A stretch of DNA of 40,826 nucleotides from the IMG/VR virus record IMGVR_UViG_3300033494_000004, positions 1 through 40,826 of that record; one strand, 5' to 3'. Below, piece by piece: positions 37,715-40,826 of this stretch. The DNA comes from a virus. Lineage: Duplodnaviria > Caudoviricetes. Positions within the stretch are counted from its first letter, which is position 1; every line of letters begins with the position of its first letter. A program made the position numbers and the translations under genes. The notes beneath the pieces are model-generated. The model was given only the letters and a program-made list of their open reading frames with translations, had not been told where the DNA came from and ran no database searches.

Positions 37715-37745
37715 ATATCCCCTTTAAAATATAAAGGGGATATTT
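37715..37745 (+). terminator. intrinsic terminator
   Basis: ATATCCCCTTTA / TAAAGGGGATAT 12-bp stem. Confidence 0.7.
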
Positions 37746-37763
37746 AATTTAATATTATAAATA

Positions 37764-38084
37764 ATGGAAAAATATATTTTAATAACAGCAGATTGTGGAG
37801 ATGCTGATCGTGTTATTGAACAAACCCTAATCACTGAAGAAGAGGTAACAATGATGAAGAGTATTGTTCGTAAAATGCCAACAAATCATTTTAATATTAT
37901 CAAATATAAAACAGGAGATATGGGAGATGACAACCAAAAAGGTTCGGATTACAATCACATAACAAATGAAGAAAAAGATTTTTTAGATGCATTTTTACCA
38001 ATGGGTGGCGTAAATACTGATCTTAGTGGTATTAATTCTATTGATAGTATACAAATTATTCAAATAATAGAAACTATTCTTTAA
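37764..38084 (+). CDS. hypothetical protein
   Basis: ORF track. Confidence 0.7.
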   Translation: MEKYILITADCGDADRVIEQTLITEEEVTMMKSIVRKMPTNHFNIIKYKTGDMGDDNQKGSDYNHITNEEKDFLDAFLPMGGVNTDLSGINSIDSIQIIQIIETIL

Positions 38085-38097
38085 AATACAAAATCAA

Positions 38098-38421
38098 ATG
38101 AATAAAGAAGAAATCAAAGACTATACCTACGGATTTAAAGTAGGGGATTTAATTACTGCTTATCATAAAGGAGTACATGAGATACTAAGTATTAAAAGAA
38201 GATTTTATGAAAGAGAAGATGATATACCAAGTTCATTAAAAGGAGTAAAATCTATAGGAGACGAAAACAATGCATTGATATACTATAAAAAAGTATTGAA
38301 TGATAATGGTACTAAATCTAAATCAATTCAACAGTGTTGTGATGTTTTATTTTGTAAACCTTTTAGTGATTTCATTAAAGAAAAAGAAGAAGAACTTAAT
38401 AGATTCAAATCAATTATATAA
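38098..38421 (+). CDS. hypothetical protein
   Basis: ORF track. Confidence 0.7.
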   Translation: MNKEEIKDYTYGFKVGDLITAYHKGVHEILSIKRRFYEREDDIPSSLKGVKSIGDENNALIYYKKVLNDNGTKSKSIQQCCDVLFCKPFSDFIKEKEEELNRFKSII

Positions 38422-38423
38422 AA

Positions 38424-39131
38424 ATGAATAAAACACAAATATCAGCTAAAATAGTAGCTGATAGTATAAATCCACAAGGTGATAGACTAATAAGTGTATT
38501 ATGTACATTTCCAAGAATTATATTAGCAGAAGTAAATACACATCGGATGTTAAGCAAAAATACTTCTTCAAGCAGAGCTATACCTTTTAAGAAAATGGTA
38601 GAAGCTATACAAAATGACCCATTTATTCCTATTGCTTGGCAAAAAGACCATAAAGGTATGCAAGGGAGTGAGTATATTACAGATGATTTTAGTATAAATG
38701 AAGTAACAGCAACATGGTTACTAGCGAGAACTAAAACTGTTCATGAAGCTGAAAACTTAAATAGAATAGGGGCTACTAAACAACTATGTAATAGATTACT
38801 AGAACCTTTTATGTGGACTACCATGTTAATTACAGGTAGTAAAGAATCTTGGGATAATTTATTTGAACTTAGAAATCCAAGTTATGAGGTAATTTGTGCT
38901 ACAAATGGTAAAAATTATTATAAAAGTAGAAAAGATTTACTGGTAGACTTTCCTGATGCTACATATAAAACAGATTCAGAATGGCTACAATTAAATAAAG
39001 GTCAAGCTGAAATTCATTTTATGGAACTTTCCGAGAAAATATATGATGCAGTACAAGAATCAAAACCAAAAAGTCTTCAAGAAGGAGATTGGCACATACC
39101 TATGATTGAAGTAATAGAAGATCAGTTATGA
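38424..39131 (+). CDS. thyX: flavin-dependent thymidylate synthase, N-terminal part
   Basis: FPRIILAEVNTHRMLSKNTSSSRAIP, KQLCNRLLEPF, AEI, WHIP. Confidence 0.85.
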   Translation: MNKTQISAKIVADSINPQGDRLISVLCTFPRIILAEVNTHRMLSKNTSSSRAIPFKKMVEAIQNDPFIPIAWQKDHKGMQGSEYITDDFSINEVTATWLLARTKTVHEAENLNRIGATKQLCNRLLEPFMWTTMLITGSKESWDNLFELRNPSYEVICATNGKNYYKSRKDLLVDFPDATYKTDSEWLQLNKGQAEIHFMELSEKIYDAVQESKPKSLQEGDWHIPMIEVIEDQL

Positions 39132-39835
39132 AAGTAATAGGAATATATAAAATAGTATCTCCTTCAAATAAAGTTTATATAGGACAAACTGTAGATTTTG
39201 TAAAGAGAAGAAGTCATTATAAGAACTTAAAAAGGAATCATCAAATAAGGTTATATAATTCTATCAAGAAACATGGATGGGAAAATCATACTTTAGAATT
39301 AATAGAAGAATGTGATGTTCCATTATTAAATGACAGGGAAAGATATTGGCAGGACTATTATAATGTGACAGATTCAAAGAAAGGTTTAAATTGTAAATTA
39401 ACAAAAACTACAGATAAAACAGGATTTCATACTCAAGAAATGAAAAAGAATCAAAGAGAAAGTTCTAAAAGTAAAAAATCAGTTTATCAATACTCTTTAG
39501 AGGGTGTTTTTATTAAAGAATATATTTCTATTGGTGAAGCTGCTGAAGAAAATAGACTACATACAGCTGCTTTACATAGCTCTATCACTAAAAATAAAAC
39601 TAATACAATAAAAGGTTTCCAATGGTTTTATGATTATAAAGGATTAAATATTCCTAAAGTTAGTTTAGGTACTATTACTAAAAAGGTTAGATTATACAAT
39701 GATAACGAAGAGTATATATTTAACAGTAGAACAGAATGTGCTAATTTCATAAAAAGAAGTATAGGAAGAGTATCAGACTTGTTAAAAATAGGTATTTGGA
39801 AAAATTATAAAATAGAAAATTATGTTGAAAATTAA
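39128..39835 (+). mobile_element. GIY-YIG homing endonuclease with NUMOD1-like C-terminus, inserted in thyX
   Basis: GIYKI...VYIGQT...R...ERYW...GLN; VYQYSLEGVFIKEYISIGEAA. Confidence 0.88.
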
Positions 39836-40226
39836 AAGAAGTGAGTTAAAACAATTAGCTCAAAATAAATTAGGAAATGATTCTATTGAATCACAAAATC
39901 AAATTCTTGTAATGATAAGTACAAGTCTGGCAGCAAGAACTTCTTACACAGTTGTAGGAGAAGAAAAAGAAGTTAATTATGAAAATCTTATTGCTTTACA
40001 TGATAGATTGCTAAATCAAGAGCCTCCACATAGTAGTCCATTTGAGCATTGTGCAAGAGCTATGAATGATAGTGAGTATAATACATTTGTTAAAGGTCAA
40101 GTAGAATGGTACACTGAAAATTACATATCTATACCATTAAAAAAATCAAAAGGTTGGTGTTACAATTTAAAAGGTTTTATACCTTATAGATATATTATTG
40201 ATAATAAAATTAAATTATGGAAATAG
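39822..40226 (+). CDS. thyX: flavin-dependent thymidylate synthase, C-terminal part
   Basis: ISTSLAARTSY, LHDRLL, PPHSSPFEHCA, NLKGFIPYR. Confidence 0.8.
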   Translation: MLKIKRSELKQLAQNKLGNDSIESQNQILVMISTSLAARTSYTVVGEEKEVNYENLIALHDRLLNQEPPHSSPFEHCARAMNDSEYNTFVKGQVEWYTENYISIPLKKSKGWCYNLKGFIPYRYIIDNKIKLWK

Positions 40227-40387
40227 AAAAAACATTTATGGTCAAAGTAGAATATTATAAAGGAACTCCAGAATATTTTCTAAAAGTGCATCAATGTAAA
40301 AATAGGTATTTTATTGAATCAAATTCAGAAATAGTAGAAATGAGTCCAGAGCGTTTCAAAGAACTCTGTGGAAATATGTATAAATGA
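40217..40387 (+). CDS. small hypothetical protein (56 aa)
   Basis: Hand-translated MEIEKTFMVK...; overlaps the thyX stop. Confidence 0.5.
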   Translation: MEIEKTFMVKVEYYKGTPEYFLKVHQCKNRYFIESNSEIVEMSPERFKELCGNMYK

Positions 40388-40405
40388 GTAAAATTATGAG
40401 AACAG

Positions 40406-40711
40406 ATGAATAATAATAATATTTGCAAAGTAGTAAAAAAAATAAAATATCCAATCTGCAATGGAGAACGTAAATTAACTACGATCAAAGACAATATAAC
40501 ATCAATTAAGATATGTAATAGTTGCAAAGGAGAAAAACCAGTTGAATTTGGAGAACCTATTTATATGATAGCTGATTCATATGTAATTCCTAATTTACCA
40601 CAAAATTATGTGCCTGGATGTGCAATAATTCACCCTATGGATGTTTTATTAGGAAATAAAAATCCAAGGATAATTGAACAATGGGTAGACTCAAGGACAC
40701 TTAAATTTTAA
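40406..40711 (+). CDS. hypothetical protein
   Basis: ORF track; degenerate CxxCxG-like motifs (YPICNG, CNSCKG). Confidence 0.55.
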   Translation: MNNNNICKVVKKIKYPICNGERKLTTIKDNITSIKICNSCKGEKPVEFGEPIYMIADSYVIPNLPQNYVPGCAIIHPMDVLLGNKNPRIIEQWVDSRTLKF

Positions 40712-40726
40712 AAAATGATATAAATT

Positions 40727-40826
40727 ATGAATAAAAACAAATACGTAATCATAGACTTCAATACAATGGAGTCTATGAAAGATTTTGAAGGTAATATTAA
40801 ATATTACAATACAGAGACAGATGCTA
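40727..40826 (+). CDS. partial ORF running off the window
   Basis: ATG 40727, MNKNKYVIIDF..., open to the end. Confidence 0.5.
   Translation, partial: MNKNKYVIIDFNTMESMKDFEGNIKYYNTETDA

Noticed and set aside
25963-37745. Shared TCCCCTT..AAGGGGA core in two hairpins as a mobile repeat
   Set aside because: Both follow stop codons and are adequately explained as intrinsic terminators.
240-40527. Minus-strand ORFs in the track (e.g. 240-437, 14725-15021, 20753-21082, 26760-27053)
   Set aside because: All are shadows of better + strand genes and lack recognisable motifs.
1-40826. Stop-codon reassignment (TAG or TGA) as in some crAss-like phages
   Set aside because: Core genes are intact in code 11. 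TAG ends genes right before the next start (e.g. 6006, 22934), and TGA is used in many ATGA overlaps.

Overview
Very AT-rich, gene-dense segment of a dsDNA phage genome with essentially all credible genes on the + strand and the standard code (table 11). A Bacteroidota (probably Flavobacteriia) host is inferred from A-rich starts without Shine-Dalgarno sites, TAnnTTTG-type promoter candidates and an SSC lipobox. The replication gene order resembles crAss-like/Cellulophaga phi14:2-type phages. About 1-13 kb is an accessory region of small hypothetical genes, some decaying. About 13-40.8 kb is a replication and nucleotide-metabolism module: Dda-like helicase, family B DNA polymerase interrupted by a 254-nt group I intron, SF2 helicase, DnaB-like helicase, AAA_24 ATPase, putative SSB, primase, metallopeptidase-VWA plus MoxR ATPase, resolvase, PD-(D/E)xK exonuclease, dNMP kinase, nrdB/nrdA, dUTPase, endonuclease VII and thyX split by a GIY-YIG gene. 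Two features stand out. (1) An intergenic structured RNA at 6336-6610 reproduces the 23S rRNA L11-binding/GTPase-associated centre, with compensatory changes and a ~163-nt insert. (2) A 2.6-kb chain of 18 mostly overlapping micro-ORFs (14674-17263) shares a head sequence that carries stops in both alternative frames, followed by highly variable bodies. All calls are by eye; no database searches were run.
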